From positions 28,322 through 92,321 of the forward strand of contig CAAGJW010000037.1 of assembly GCA_900770215.1 (NCBI GenBank): a stretch of DNA of 64,000 bases. Reading direction: 5' to 3'. How positions within the stretch are numbered: position 1 is the stretch's first letter; each line of letters starts with the position of its first letter. The DNA comes from Bacteroidales bacterium (lineage in GTDB: Bacteria > Bacteroidota > Bacteroidia > Bacteroidales > Muribaculaceae). The notes under the pieces are model-generated. The model was not told the origin of the DNA. It worked only from the letters and a program-made list of their open reading frames with translations, and did no database searches. The translations under genes were made by a program, and so were the position numbers. Below, piece after piece: positions 29,814-40,604 of the stretch.

Positions 29814-30404
29814 CTACCTGATGTGAAGCACGCGGTGCACCTGCAGCGAGAGCCTCCACTCGGGGTGTGCCAGCACGGCCTCGACACAGGCCTGCATGTT
29901 GCGGCGGCACTGCTGCTCGTCGGGCACGTAGCAGGGCTGCAAGTAGCGGTGGGCCGTAGCGATGCCTTGATACTGGCTCAAGTCCTGACCCAGATACACG
30001 ACCTTGAGCTCGTCGCAATGGTCGAGCACGAGCGGGTGGGCGTCGCCGCCCTCAAAGCCCTGCTTGGGCGAGAGCGTGACCCAGTCGATGCTGGCGGGCA
30101 AGGCGTGGGTGCCGTTGGTCTCGATAGCGACGCGCTTGCCGGTGCCCTGCTTGAGGGCCGCCACCAGGTCGTCGTCGACAAAGAGCGACGGCTCGCCGCC
30201 GGTGAGCACCACCAGTGGCGCCTGCGGGTAGCGGGCCACCTGCTCCACAATGCTGGCCACACTCATCATAGTGCCCTGCTCGTGGCGGGTGTCGCAGAAG
30301 GCGCAGTGCAGGTTGCAGCCGCTCAGGCGCACAAACACGCTTGCCGTGCCTGTGTTGTAGCCCTCGCCTTGCAACGAGTAGAATATCTCATTGATTTTCA
30401 ACAT
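29814..30404 (-). CDS. queE: 7-carboxy-7-deazaguanine synthase (radical SAM)
   Basis: INEIFYSLQGEG, CNLHCAFCDT, TGGEP, IETNG, WRLSLQVH; in que cluster (start could be 30413). Confidence 0.95.
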   Translation of the reverse strand: MLKINEIFYSLQGEGYNTGTASVFVRLSGCNLHCAFCDTRHEQGTMMSVASIVEQVARYPQAPLVVLTGGEPSLFVDDDLVAALKQGTGKRVAIETNGTHALPASIDWVTLSPKQGFEGGDAHPLVLDHCDELKVVYLGQDLSQYQGIATAHRYLQPCYVPDEQQCRRNMQACVEAVLAHPEWRLSLQVHRVLHIR

Positions 30405-30741
30405 CTTCATCATCCTTTACATAGGTAGCCAGGTTGTTGCGCGACTCCTGCACATCGGCACGATAGCACTCGGGTATAGACTGCACTATCCAGTGCGCTA
30501 TGTTCTCGGCCGTGGGGTTGAACGGGAGCACCTCGTTCAGGTTACGATGGTCGAGACGGTCGGTGACGGCTTTCTTCAACTTGGAGAAGTCATAGACCAT
30601 GCCGTTGTGGTCCAGGTCGCGGGCACGGCAATACACCGTGATAATCCAGTTGTGGCCATGCAGATTGCCGCACTTGCTCTCATAGTCGAGCCTGAGCTGG
30701 TGGCTGGCCGATATCTCAATAGTCTTTTTTACGTAATACAT
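30388..30741 (-). CDS. queD: 6-carboxytetrahydropterin synthase
   Basis: From ATG 30741: ISASHQL, CGNLHGHNW, GMVYDF, LDHRNLN, NPTAENIA. Confidence 0.95.
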   Translation of the reverse strand: MYYVKKTIEISASHQLRLDYESKCGNLHGHNWIITVYCRARDLDHNGMVYDFSKLKKAVTDRLDHRNLNEVLPFNPTAENIAHWIVQSIPECYRADVQESRNNLATYVKDDEDVENQ

Positions 30742-30787
30742 TGTGGTTGTGATTGTGTTGAGTGTTTTTTTTAGGGATGTGACAGCA

Positions 30788-31459
30788 TCACGATTGCGGG
30801 TCGTCGCACTCATACTCGGTGGTGTCGACAATGCCAGCCTCGCGCAGGGCCTCGCGGCGCTCGCGGCAGGTGCCACACTTGCCGCAATGCTTCTCCCGGC
30901 CCTTGTAGCACGAGTAGGTCTCGCTATAGTCGATGCCCAAGCGCTTGCCATGGCGGGCGATGTCGGCCTTGCTGATACTGGTGTAGGGGGCAAATATCTT
31001 GATGCCCTCGTAGGTGCCGTTCTGCATGGCCTGCGACATGGCTTGGATGAAGCCAGGGCGGCAGTCGGGATAGATGGCATGGTCGCCGGCATGGTTGGCT
31101 ATCATCACGCGCTTGAGACCGTTGCTCTCGGCAATGCCACAGGCAATGGCCAGCATGATGCCGTTGCGGAAGGGCACCACCGTCGACTTCATGTTCTCGT
31201 CGTCGTAGTTCCCCTCGGGGATGTCGTCGGCCGTCTCGAGCAGTGCACTCTTGAAATAGCGGTGCATAAACTCGAGCGGAATGATGAGGTGCTTGATGCC
31301 CAAGCGCTGGCAATGGGTGACTGCACACACCCGCTCGCGGCCGTTCTGCGTGGAGCCGTAGTCAAATGTGATGGCGAGGGCTATCTCGTCTTTATACTCG
31401 TAGAGCAGCGTGGTGCTGTCCATGCCGCCCGATGTGATGATTACTGCGTCTTTAGCCAT
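30788..31459 (-). CDS. queC: 7-cyano-7-deazaguanine synthase
   Basis: SGGMDSTT, TVVPFRNGIML, YPDCRP, TYSCY, HCGKCGTC; start ATG 31459. Confidence 0.96.
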   Translation of the reverse strand: MAKDAVIITSGGMDSTTLLYEYKDEIALAITFDYGSTQNGRERVCAVTHCQRLGIKHLIIPLEFMHRYFKSALLETADDIPEGNYDDENMKSTVVPFRNGIMLAIACGIAESNGLKRVMIANHAGDHAIYPDCRPGFIQAMSQAMQNGTYEGIKIFAPYTSISKADIARHGKRLGIDYSETYSCYKGREKHCGKCGTCRERREALREAGIVDTTEYECDDPQS

Positions 31460-31481
31460 AATGCTGCAAATTAAAAAAGAT

Positions 31482-31958
31482 TTAATGTTTAACTTGGTCG
31501 AAACTGGCCAGCAGGCGGGCCTTGACCAAGTCTTGATGCTGGTCGTCGCCATAGTTGGCAAAGGGATAGATCGAGATGCCGCCGCGGGGGTTGAAGATAC
31601 CGCGCACCTCGATATACTTGGGATCCATGAGCTTGACCAGGTCTTTCATAATGATGTTGACACAATCCTCATGAAAGTCGCCGTGATTGCGGAAGCTGAA
31701 CAAGTAGAGCTTCAAGCTCTTGCTCTCTACCATGCGCTCGCGCGGGATGTAGTTGATGACAATGCGCCCGAAGTCGGGCTGCCCCGTCTTGGGGCACAGG
31801 CTGGTGAACTCGGGACAGTCGAATGTGACCAAATACTCGTTGCCCGGGTGCTTGTTGACAAAGGTCTCCAGCACATCGGGCCGGTAGTCGAATTGATACT
31901 TAGTGCCTTGATTGCCCAGCAGCGTCACGCCCTGCAATTCTTTTTCGTTTCTTGACAT
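31482..31958 (-). CDS. queF: preQ0 reductase (unimodular QueF)
   Basis: [43 protein letters not shown]. Confidence 0.97.
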   Translation of the reverse strand: MSRNEKELQGVTLLGNQGTKYQFDYRPDVLETFVNKHPGNEYLVTFDCPEFTSLCPKTGQPDFGRIVINYIPRERMVESKSLKLYLFSFRNHGDFHEDCVNIIMKDLVKLMDPKYIEVRGIFNPRGGISIYPFANYGDDQHQDLVKARLLASFDQVKH

Positions 31959-32051
31959 AATCTCTCAATCTCCTCTTGTTACTTCTTTATTGAAACTACA
32001 AAGATAATACTTTTTTTGCACAATAGTGGCGCGTGCACCCAGCGTCAACTG

Positions 32052-34280
32052 TCAATGCAGGGCCTTGAGCTGGCTGGGGTCGCCCACTATCCACAGCGTG
32101 TCGCCCTCGTTGAAGACCACATCGGGCGTGGGGCTGATATACACGTCGTCGTCGCGCTCGATGGCCACCAGTAGCGACTTGTAGTGCTCGCGCAGTTGGG
32201 CCTGGGCCAGCGACCGGCCCACAAGCGGCGAACCAGGCCCGATAGAAAAGTGCACAAACTCCTCCTTGTGCTGCACAGGGGCGTCGTTGCTGTCGTGGGC
32301 TTCCACCACCGGCAGCATGAGCTGCAATTTCTCGTCGGTGCCTATCACGCCCAGCATATCGCCAGGAAAAATGCGCATGTCGCCGCCAGGCACGGGATAG
32401 GACGTGCCGTTGCGCTGCACGTTGACCACATTCACGTCGTAGTGCTCACGCAGGCGGGCCTCGGCCAGTGTCTGACCCACAAAGGGGCAACTGTAGCCCA
32501 CGCGCATATAGGCCAGGTGGAAGTCGCTCACCAGCACGTTGTTCTTGCCCGTGCGGTGGTTCTCGCGCTCATTCATATTGTCGAGAAAGCGCTGCTCTAC
32601 CTGGTTGATGCGCTTGCGCAGCAGCGGCGAGAACACCAGGATGAGCAGCAGGCACAAGGCGGTGGCACCCACGACCGAGTTGAGTGTAGAGAGCGTGGCC
32701 TTGAAATAAAAGAAAGTGATCCACAGCGTGACCAGGAAACTGACGACCGACATCACCCCGAGGGGCACGTAGCTAATCTTGCCGCTCTCGTTCACCAGCT
32801 GGGCACGTTCCTGGGCCTTGGTGCGCGGCACGATGATGCCATACAGGAAGGGCGACACCAGGGCAAAGCCGCACAAGGCAGCCAGCAGGCGCCCCCAGTG
32901 CCCAGGCACGGCCTCGTAGATGAGCGGCATGACGATGTGGCGTATCGGGAACCACAAGGCCGTCACCACCACGGTATACACTACCAGCGTAACGAGGTAG
33001 CGCCTCACCACCTTGTGCCACAGCTGCCGCGACTGGCTCATCTCGCCGTGGGCAGCATTCTTGCTGTAGCCCTCGAGCAGCACGCCCCACTTCTTGGGCA
33101 GGTGGCGAGCCACCCAGTTGTAGCACGGTTGTGCCTGCTTGATGAAAAACGGTGTAAAAAACGTGGTGATGACCGACACGGCCACGATGATGGGATATAT
33201 GTTCTTGCCCAGCACGCCCAGCTGGGTGCCAGTGGTGGCGATGATAAACGAGAACTCGCCTATCTGCGTCAGGCAGAAGCCCGACTCCATGGCGGTCTTG
33301 AGCGGCTGGCCCGTGACCACCATGCCAAAGGTGCCAAACGTGATCATGCCCACAACCACCACAGCGGCCAGCAGCAAGATGATGCCAGCATTGTTCCACA
33401 TGAGCACCGGGTCGACCATCATGCCCACCGAGATGAAGAACACAGCCCCGAAGAGGTCTTTCACCGGGGTGATGATGCGCTCGATGCGCTCGGCCTCGGT
33501 CGTGCCAGCCAGTATCGAGCCTATCACAAAGGCGCCAAGAGCCAGTGAGAAACCCGACCATACTGCCAGTGTGGCCATGCCGAAACACAGCCCCATGGCA
33601 ATGATGAGCATGAGCTCGTCGCTGATAAAGCGCCTGAACTTCTTGAGCAGGCTGGGAATGACGAAGATGCCCACAGTGAACCAAATGATGAGGTAGAACG
33701 ACAGCTTGAGCACTGCCTCTATCATTTGGTCGCCCTCCACCCGCTTGTTGATGGCTATCGACGAGAGAATGACCAGCAGCACCACAGCCACGAGGTCCTC
33801 GACGATGAGCACGGCCATCACCCGGGGCACAAAGCTGCGGTGCTTGAGGTTGAGATCGGAGAGCGCCTTGATGATGATGGTGGTCGACGACATCGATATC
33901 ATGCCGCCCAGAAATATCGCATCGATGGTGGAATAGCCCAGCATGCCACCCACTACAAACCCCACACCCATCATGCCCACCACAATAATCAGGCAGGTGA
34001 GCAGGGCCGTGCCGCCCACTTTCACCAGCTTCTGGAAGCTGAACTCAAGCCCCAGCGAGAACAGGAGCACCACGATGCCCAGCTGGGCCCAGAAGCTAAT
34101 GTTGTCGGGGTTGGCCACCGTGGGCAGGAACTTGAAGTGGGGGCTGGCGATGAAGCCAGCCACGATGTAGCCCAGCACCAGGGGTTGCTTGAGCAGTTTA
34201 AAAACGATGGCGGCAATCGCGGCCAGCATCAGGATGAGCGCGAAGTCGCCTATGAGCGATTGTATGATATCGGAATGCAT
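32052..34280 (-). CDS. CPA2 family cation:proton antiporter with two TrkA-C domains
   Basis: KQPLVLGYIVAG, LLFSLGLEFS, SMSSTTII, LTQIGEFSFII; C-terminal RCK_C repeats. Confidence 0.92.
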   Translation of the reverse strand: MHSDIIQSLIGDFALILMLAAIAAIVFKLLKQPLVLGYIVAGFIASPHFKFLPTVANPDNISFWAQLGIVVLLFSLGLEFSFQKLVKVGGTALLTCLIIVVGMMGVGFVVGGMLGYSTIDAIFLGGMISMSSTTIIIKALSDLNLKHRSFVPRVMAVLIVEDLVAVVLLVILSSIAINKRVEGDQMIEAVLKLSFYLIIWFTVGIFVIPSLLKKFRRFISDELMLIIAMGLCFGMATLAVWSGFSLALGAFVIGSILAGTTEAERIERIITPVKDLFGAVFFISVGMMVDPVLMWNNAGIILLLAAVVVVGMITFGTFGMVVTGQPLKTAMESGFCLTQIGEFSFIIATTGTQLGVLGKNIYPIIVAVSVITTFFTPFFIKQAQPCYNWVARHLPKKWGVLLEGYSKNAAHGEMSQSRQLWHKVVRRYLVTLVVYTVVVTALWFPIRHIVMPLIYEAVPGHWGRLLAALCGFALVSPFLYGIIVPRTKAQERAQLVNESGKISYVPLGVMSVVSFLVTLWITFFYFKATLSTLNSVVGATALCLLLILVFSPLLRKRINQVEQRFLDNMNERENHRTGKNNVLVSDFHLAYMRVGYSCPFVGQTLAEARLREHYDVNVVNVQRNGTSYPVPGGDMRIFPGDMLGVIGTDEKLQLMLPVVEAHDSNDAPVQHKEEFVHFSIGPGSPLVGRSLAQAQLREHYKSLLVAIERDDDVYISPTPDVVFNEGDTLWIVGDPSQLKALH

Positions 34281-34287
34281 AGTGTGG

Positions 34288-35007
34288 TCAGAAGTTGGGT
34301 TCGTTGGTCAATGTGATTGAGATGGGATCGCTGAAGCAGGCTTCAAGCTCGCCGAAGAGGCTGGTCACGCTCACGGTGTCGCGCGTGAGCACGACATAGT
34401 TGATAATCGACACGTTGTCCTCGTAGTTGTATTTCACATACTCGCGCGACGCCTTCACGTCGTATTTCTTGAGCACGTCGAGACTCTTGTCGAGGTCGCT
34501 CACGATGCCATGCACCTTCACCCTTATCACCTTGTGCTCCCACAAGAAGCCGGCCCGCTGCTCATATTTCTCGATGTAGACCAGCACAAAAATGATGAGC
34601 AGGGTGGCAATTGTGGTGATCAGGTACATGCCAGCTCCCACTGCAAGCCCTATGCAGGCCGTCATCCAGATGCCGGCCGCCGTGGTGAGGCCGCGCACCG
34701 AGCCTTTCATCTGAATGATGGCACCGGCACCCAAAAAGCCCACGCCGCTCACCACCTGGGCGGCAATGCGCCCCGGGTCACCGTTTTTCAAGCCCAGGTA
34801 CTCCTGCGGGATGTAGATGCTGATGAGCATGGCCAGCGTGGCACCCATGGCAATGAGCGAGAAAGTGCGCAAGCCGGCAATCTGGCCCTTGCGGCGGCGC
34901 TCAAAGCCTATGGCCGCCCCCAGCAGCATGCTCAGCAGCAGCTTGAACACAGCTCCGGCCACATTCACATCGGGGCTCATGATGTCGTGATATATCGATT
35001 CTATCAT
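34288..35007 (-). CDS. MgtC/SapB family membrane protein
   Basis: GAAIGFERR, AGLRTF, DPGRIAAQVVSGVGFLGAG, GLTTAAGIW. Confidence 0.93.
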   Translation of the reverse strand: MIESIYHDIMSPDVNVAGAVFKLLLSMLLGAAIGFERRRKGQIAGLRTFSLIAMGATLAMLISIYIPQEYLGLKNGDPGRIAAQVVSGVGFLGAGAIIQMKGSVRGLTTAAGIWMTACIGLAVGAGMYLITTIATLLIIFVLVYIEKYEQRAGFLWEHKVIRVKVHGIVSDLDKSLDVLKKYDVKASREYVKYNYEDNVSIINYVVLTRDTVSVTSLFGELEACFSDPISITLTNEPNF

Positions 35008-35098
35008 GTCTTATTTATCTCCTAATTTCTACAAAGGTAAGAAATTTTACACTATCTTTGCGATATCTTAGTGTTTATTCAACTTAAAAAACAAATAA

Positions 35099-37126
35099 AT
35101 GGAAGACGAAAAGACAAGTGTAAATGCAGTCGAATCGCCCGTTCAAGACCAAGAAGGAAACTACTCCCTTCCCGAGAACGCGTTCAGAGAACTGAAAGAA
35201 GGCGAAGAGTACATCCCGCCTCTCAAGCCCAACCGCAACTATCCCGAAGTGACCCCCTACTCGGTGACCATGGGTCTCATCATGGCCGTAATATTCAGCG
35301 CCGCCGCAGCCTATCTGGGGCTGAAGGTGGGCCAGGTGTTTGAGGCCGCCATTCCCATCGCCATCATTGCAGCCGGCATCGGGGCAGCCACCCACCGCAA
35401 GAACTCGCTGGGCGAGAATGTGATCATCCAGTCGATAGGCGCTGCCTCGGGCATCGTGGTGGCTGGAGCCATCTTCACGCTGCCTGCCCTCTACATCTTG
35501 CAGGCCAAGTATCCCGACATCACCGTCAACTTCCTCGAGGTGTTCTTGAGTTCGCTGCTGGGCGGCCTGCTGGGCATCTTGTTTTTCATCCCGTTCCGCA
35601 AGTACTTTGTCAAGGACATGCACGGCAAGTTCCCGTTCCCCGAGGCCACGGCCACTACCCAGGTGCTCATCAGCAGCCAGAAGGGAGGCGACCAGGCCAA
35701 GCCACTCATCATCGCCAGCATCATAGGCGGTCTCTACGACTTCTTTGCCTCGTTTAAGATATGGACCGACACGCTCTCGACCACAGCGGTGCCCAAGCTG
35801 CAGGAGTTTGCCCAAAACACCAAGGCCATGTTCTCGATCAACACAGGCGCTGCAGTGCTGGGCCTGGGCTATATCGTGGGTCTGCGCTATGCCTTCATCA
35901 TCTTTGCCGGCAGCGCGTTCATCTGGTGGGTGATTGTACCACTCATGGGCATGAACCCCGACCTGGCGGCACTCTCGGCCGAGGAGATATTCAAGGGCGT
36001 GAGCTCGCCCGACGGTGTGGTGGCCGGTGCGCGCTACATAGGTATAGGCGGTATCGCCATGAGCGGCATCATAGGCATCGTGAAGTCGTGGGGCGTGATC
36101 AAGAGCGCCGTGGGGCTGGCCGGCAAGTCGTTTGGCACCAAGACCGAGACGGTGAAGCCCGTGCGCACCCAGCGCGACATCTCGATGAAGGCGCTCGTCT
36201 TTGCCCTGTGCGCCGCACTCATCGTCACATTCATATTCTTCTACATAGGCGTGATTCACAACCTCATGCAGACCATCGTGGCCTTTATCGTGGTGGTGGT
36301 GATTGCCTTCCTCTTCACCACCGTTGCGGCCAATGCCATTGCTATCGTGGGCAGCAACCCCGTGTCGGGCATGACACTGATGACGCTTATCATCGCCTCG
36401 GGCATCTTTGTGGCCATCGGCCTCAAGGGCTCGCAGGGCATCGTGGCCTCGATGGTGATAGGCGGCGTGGTGTGCACCGCGCTTTCGATGGCCGGAGGCA
36501 TGGTCACCGACATGAAGATAGGTTACTGGATAGGCACCACTCCTGCCAAGCAGCAGACGTGGAAGGCCGTGGGCACCATCGTGGCCGCCGCTACCGTGGG
36601 AGGTGTGATGATGCTCTTGAACCAGGTGTACGGCTTCACTGGCAAGGATGCCCTGGTGGCTCCCCAAGCCAACGCCATGGCTGCCGTGATCGATCCCGTG
36701 ATGACGGGCAAGCCTGCTCCCTGGACCCTCTATATCGTGGGGGCCGTGCTGGCCTGCCTGCTCAACTGGCTCAAGGTGCCGGCCCTGGCCTTCTCGCTGG
36801 GCATGTTCATTCCCATGAACCTCAATGCCCCGCTGCTCGTGGGAGGTGCCATCAGCTGGTTTGTGAGCACCCGAAGCACCGACAAGAAGCTCAACGAGGC
36901 ACGCCAGCAACGCGGCACCCTGCTGGGCAGCGGCTTTATCGCCGGCGGTGCCCTGATGGGCGTGGTGAGCGCTGCACTGCTCTTCTTCTTCAAGGACGGC
37001 ATCACCTCCTTTGTCAAGACCTATGCACTGGGCGACGTGGCCAGTAACGTGGTGAGCCTCGTGCTCTACGTCCTGCTCATCGCCTACTTTATATGGGCTT
37101 GCAAGAAGGCCAAGAAGGAAGATTGA
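35099..37126 (+). CDS. OPT family oligopeptide transporter
   Basis: YLGLKVGQVFEAAIPIAI, ENVIIQS, FPEATA, SNPVSGMT, APQANAM; multiple TM helices. Confidence 0.93.
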   Translation: MEDEKTSVNAVESPVQDQEGNYSLPENAFRELKEGEEYIPPLKPNRNYPEVTPYSVTMGLIMAVIFSAAAAYLGLKVGQVFEAAIPIAIIAAGIGAATHRKNSLGENVIIQSIGAASGIVVAGAIFTLPALYILQAKYPDITVNFLEVFLSSLLGGLLGILFFIPFRKYFVKDMHGKFPFPEATATTQVLISSQKGGDQAKPLIIASIIGGLYDFFASFKIWTDTLSTTAVPKLQEFAQNTKAMFSINTGAAVLGLGYIVGLRYAFIIFAGSAFIWWVIVPLMGMNPDLAALSAEEIFKGVSSPDGVVAGARYIGIGGIAMSGIIGIVKSWGVIKSAVGLAGKSFGTKTETVKPVRTQRDISMKALVFALCAALIVTFIFFYIGVIHNLMQTIVAFIVVVVIAFLFTTVAANAIAIVGSNPVSGMTLMTLIIASGIFVAIGLKGSQGIVASMVIGGVVCTALSMAGGMVTDMKIGYWIGTTPAKQQTWKAVGTIVAAATVGGVMMLLNQVYGFTGKDALVAPQANAMAAVIDPVMTGKPAPWTLYIVGAVLACLLNWLKVPALAFSLGMFIPMNLNAPLLVGGAISWFVSTRSTDKKLNEARQQRGTLLGSGFIAGGALMGVVSAALLFFFKDGITSFVKTYALGDVASNVVSLVLYVLLIAYFIWACKKAKKED

Positions 37127-37152
37127 CGCTGCACCACAGCAACAACAACACC

Positions 37153-37189
37153 CAAGCAGGCACTTGGTCCCAGGGCCAGGTGCTGCTTG
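37153..37189 (+). terminator. hairpin downstream of the OPT gene
   Basis: CAAGCAGGCACTTGGTCC-CA-GGGCCAGGTGCTGCTTG imperfect stem; no U-tract. Confidence 0.4.
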
Positions 37190-37269
37190 ATAAAATGATG
37201 CAGCCACAACAGCACAGGAAATTTCAACTAAAGATTACACACACTACAATATAAACGAAAAGAAACACA

Positions 37270-38814
37270 ATGCAGCAAAAGATTATCATTCTCGACTTCG
37301 GCTCGCAGACGACCCAACTCATAGGCCGCCGCGTGCGCGAGCTCGACACATTCTGCGAAATCCTGCCCTACAACAAGTATCCCGTGGACGACGAGAGCGT
37401 GATAGGCGTCATTCTCTCGGGCTCGCCCTACTCGGTGCACGACGCCGAGGCCTTCAAGGTCGACCTGAGCCAATTTGTGGGCAAGGTGCCCGTGCTGGGC
37501 ATATGCTATGGCGCGCAGTACATTGCCTATAGCGGCGGTGGCAAGGTGGAGCCCGCTGGCACACGCGAGTACGGCCGCGCCCACCTGCAGTGGATCGACA
37601 CGGCCAATCCACTCTTCAAGGGCTTTGACCAGGGCAGCCAGGTGTGGATGAGCCATGGCGACACCATCACCGCCATCCCTGCCTCGTGCAAGGTGATCGC
37701 CTCGACGGCCGATGTGAAAAACGCCGCCTATGCCAGCCTCGACCAGCCCGTGTGGGCCGTGCAGTTTCACCCCGAGGTGTTCCACACCACACAGGGCAAG
37801 CAGCTGCTCAAGAATTTTGTGGTCGACATATGCGGCAGCCGCCAGCAGTGGAGCGCAGCCTCGTTTGTAGAGAGCACCGTTGCCGAGCTCAAGCAGCAAC
37901 TGGGCAGCGACCGCGTCATCCTGGGCCTCTCGGGCGGCGTCGACTCGAGCGTGTGTGCCACCTTGCTCAACAAGGCCATAGGCGACAAGCTCACCTGCAT
38001 CTTTGTAGACCACGGCATGCTGCGCAAGAACGAGTTCAACAAGGTGATGGACGCCTATCGCGGCCTGGGCCTCAACGTGATAGGCGTTGATGCCAGCGAC
38101 AAGTTCTTCGCCGATCTGCAAGGCGTGACCGACCCCGAGCAGAAGCGCAAAATCATAGGCCGCGACTTTGTGGAGGTGTTCAACGCCGAGGCTGGCAAGA
38201 TTACCGATGCCCGATGGCTGGCACAAGGCACCATCTACCCCGACCGCATCGAGTCGCTCAGCATCACGGGCATGACCATCAAGAGCCACCACAACGTGGG
38301 CGGCCTGCCCAAGGACATGAAACTCAAGCTGTGCGAGCCCCTCAAGTGGCTCTTCAAGGACGAGGTGCGCCGCGTGGGCCACGAGCTGCACATGCCCGAG
38401 CGCCTCATCAACCGCCATCCGTTCCCGGGTCCAGGCCTGGCAGTGCGCATCCTGGGCGACATCACCCGCGACAAGGTGCGCATCCTGCAAGATGCCGACG
38501 ACATCTACATCGAGGCCATGCACAACTATGTGCTCGACGACGGCACAAGCCTCTACGATCACGTGTGGCAGGCCGGCGCCATATTGCTCAGTACCATTCG
38601 CAGCGTGGGCGTGATGGGTGACGAGCGCACCTATGAGCACCCCGTGGCACTGCGCGCCGTCACCAGCCAAGACGCCATGACTGCCGACTGGGCCCACCTG
38701 CCCTACGACTTCCTGGCCCGCGTGAGCAACGAAATCATCAACAAAGTGAAAGGCGTGAACCGCGTGTGCTACGACATCTCGTCGAAGCCGCCGGCCACCA
38801 TCGAGTGGGAATAA
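37270..38814 (+). CDS. guaA: GMP synthase (glutamine-hydrolysing)
   Basis: [54 protein letters not shown]. Confidence 0.99.
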   Translation: MQQKIIILDFGSQTTQLIGRRVRELDTFCEILPYNKYPVDDESVIGVILSGSPYSVHDAEAFKVDLSQFVGKVPVLGICYGAQYIAYSGGGKVEPAGTREYGRAHLQWIDTANPLFKGFDQGSQVWMSHGDTITAIPASCKVIASTADVKNAAYASLDQPVWAVQFHPEVFHTTQGKQLLKNFVVDICGSRQQWSAASFVESTVAELKQQLGSDRVILGLSGGVDSSVCATLLNKAIGDKLTCIFVDHGMLRKNEFNKVMDAYRGLGLNVIGVDASDKFFADLQGVTDPEQKRKIIGRDFVEVFNAEAGKITDARWLAQGTIYPDRIESLSITGMTIKSHHNVGGLPKDMKLKLCEPLKWLFKDEVRRVGHELHMPERLINRHPFPGPGLAVRILGDITRDKVRILQDADDIYIEAMHNYVLDDGTSLYDHVWQAGAILLSTIRSVGVMGDERTYEHPVALRAVTSQDAMTADWAHLPYDFLARVSNEIINKVKGVNRVCYDISSKPPATIEWE

Positions 38815-38841
38815 CACATCCCCGCACCATCACTCAACAAC

Positions 38842-38908
38842 CCCGAGGCGCAGCCCTGCTCTCCCCGCACAAGAGAGAGAGTGACACTGCACCTCGGGTG
38901 TTTCTTTT
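38842..38908 (+). terminator. guaA intrinsic terminator
   Basis: CCCGAGGCGCAG ... CTGCACCTCGGG stem followed by TGTTTCTTTT. Confidence 0.7.
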
Positions 38909-39205
38909 ATCATAAGGGGAGAAAAAAAATTCAGCAAGATGGCAATGAGCATAATGTATTCATTGTCAAAAAAAACGTTGTACAAAATTCAATCTGTTTC
39001 TCATGTTCTATTTTTCCTATTGCAATCAAGCCATAAAGGAACACGGTCAAGAACGCGCGCTAACGTTGCCACATCGGCAAGGCGCAGCCCCACCGCTCCC
39101 CTTCACACGACAAATTTAACATTTCCAGCGCAAAAAAAACAGCATAAATAAAAGAAAAATAAGAGGAGCCACCGACTGGCTTCACAAAAACTGGAGGAGA
39201 GACGG

Positions 39206-40318
39206 CTAAAAGTTGAACCAGGAGCGGCTGGACCAGTCGATACTCTTGAAGTCGAGCTGCGACTCATTCAAGGGCTGGCTGGCTTGCGTGCCGGTCACTT
39301 CGACCAGCTTACTCTCGACGATGTGCTTGGGCCAGCCGTTGACACTGTAGCTGCACACCGAACGGCCATCGACAGTGCACTTCAGGTCTTTCATGCCCTT
39401 TACGGCGTTGTCAAAGCCCTTTTTCACCTCGGCACTGCCCGCCTCGCTGCTGCCCACCAGGGCCATTGAGCCCTTGAGCACAAGCGATATCATGCTGGGA
39501 GGCAGGTCGGTGTGGGTGCGCATGTCGATGTAGTAGTCATACTCGCCCGCCTCGTCGAAGGGGTCAACATCATCGGCCCCGAGAATGCCGGTACTCAAAG
39601 CCACCTGCTGCGGCATGGCAGCATCGGGGTCGTCGTCGATGACTATGGTCGAGTCGGCGGTGAGCTGAAACGACATACCGTGGCACGAGAAGAGCAGCGA
39701 GAGCTCGCTCAAGGAGTTGATGACGTCTTCTTCTGAGTCGTACTGGGCGTTCACAAGGGCATCGATACTGCTGCGGTCGAAAACGGTATCGAGCTGTGGC
39801 ACGAGGGTGAACACGCTGTCGACCATGTGCTTGAAGCCGTCTTTGAGCTCACGGCGCAGGGCCTTCCAGTTCTCGATGTGCTCCAGCTTGCCCTCGGGCG
39901 AGAGGTTGAACACGATTTTACGACCCACCATGTTTTTGGCCATGAGCGTGAGCATGGAGCTGAAGTCGACACTGTCGCCGGCAGTGGCAACTGGAAAATC
40001 GACGCTTGTGGGGCAAAACTCCATGCGGTAGCCTTGTGCAGTAGAGTCGAGCACGGTGATGTAGAAATCTTCCTGCATCGAGCTCACGACAGTGGTGTCG
40101 GCTCCCTTGATCTTGATGCGAGAGTGCTCATAGGTGTAGCTGGTGGTGTCGCGCTTGCAGAAGTAGGCAATGACGTCGACGCTGGTGTCGGGCGCAGCAG
40201 CGGCAGTGTCGACATCGACGCCCTCGACACTGTGGGCGACAGCGCCACGTGGCGCTAAGGCTCCCCATGCGACGAGCATGGCAGTGGAGAGGAGCAGGAA
40301 AAATGGAACACGTTGCAT
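39206..40318 (-). CDS. hypothetical exported protein
   Basis: About 370 aa from ATG 40318 with signal-peptide-like N-terminus; host-like codon usage; no motif recognised. Confidence 0.7.
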   Translation of the reverse strand: MQRVPFFLLLSTAMLVAWGALAPRGAVAHSVEGVDVDTAAAAPDTSVDVIAYFCKRDTTSYTYEHSRIKIKGADTTVVSSMQEDFYITVLDSTAQGYRMEFCPTSVDFPVATAGDSVDFSSMLTLMAKNMVGRKIVFNLSPEGKLEHIENWKALRRELKDGFKHMVDSVFTLVPQLDTVFDRSSIDALVNAQYDSEEDVINSLSELSLLFSCHGMSFQLTADSTIVIDDDPDAAMPQQVALSTGILGADDVDPFDEAGEYDYYIDMRTHTDLPPSMISLVLKGSMALVGSSEAGSAEVKKGFDNAVKGMKDLKCTVDGRSVCSYSVNGWPKHIVESKLVEVTGTQASQPLNESQLDFKSIDWSSRSWFNF

Positions 40319-40604
40319 AGCTGTAATGATGGCTAAAGTGGTTAAATTGTTTTGGTTACATGAGCAAAAAGGAAATAATCCCAACCTTTTCGTTACAAAG
40401 ATACCATTTAGTTGCCTAAAAAAAAACTAGTCGACATGTTTTTTTGATATCAGCAAAATCTGCTTTTTCGCATTATAAACTTTTAGCAACAAGCAAGAAT
40501 ACAGAAAAAAAATGGACAACAACACCTATACGGGGTGCAGGGTCGCTTCTTCGGCATCTGGCTGTCGACATTGCAATAGTCCACAAGGCTGCACATGCCC
40601 TGCG

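Noticed and set aside
29814..31958. 7-deazaguanine DNA-modification (dpd) defence island
   Set aside because: Cluster includes queF, lacks dpdA/tgtA5 and other dpd genes, and has host-like composition; ordinary queuosine precursor synthesis
31959..32051. preQ1 riboswitch upstream of queF
   Set aside because: A TATCTTTG promoter lies only about 45 nt from the start codon; no preQ1 stem-loop/pseudoknot pattern recognised
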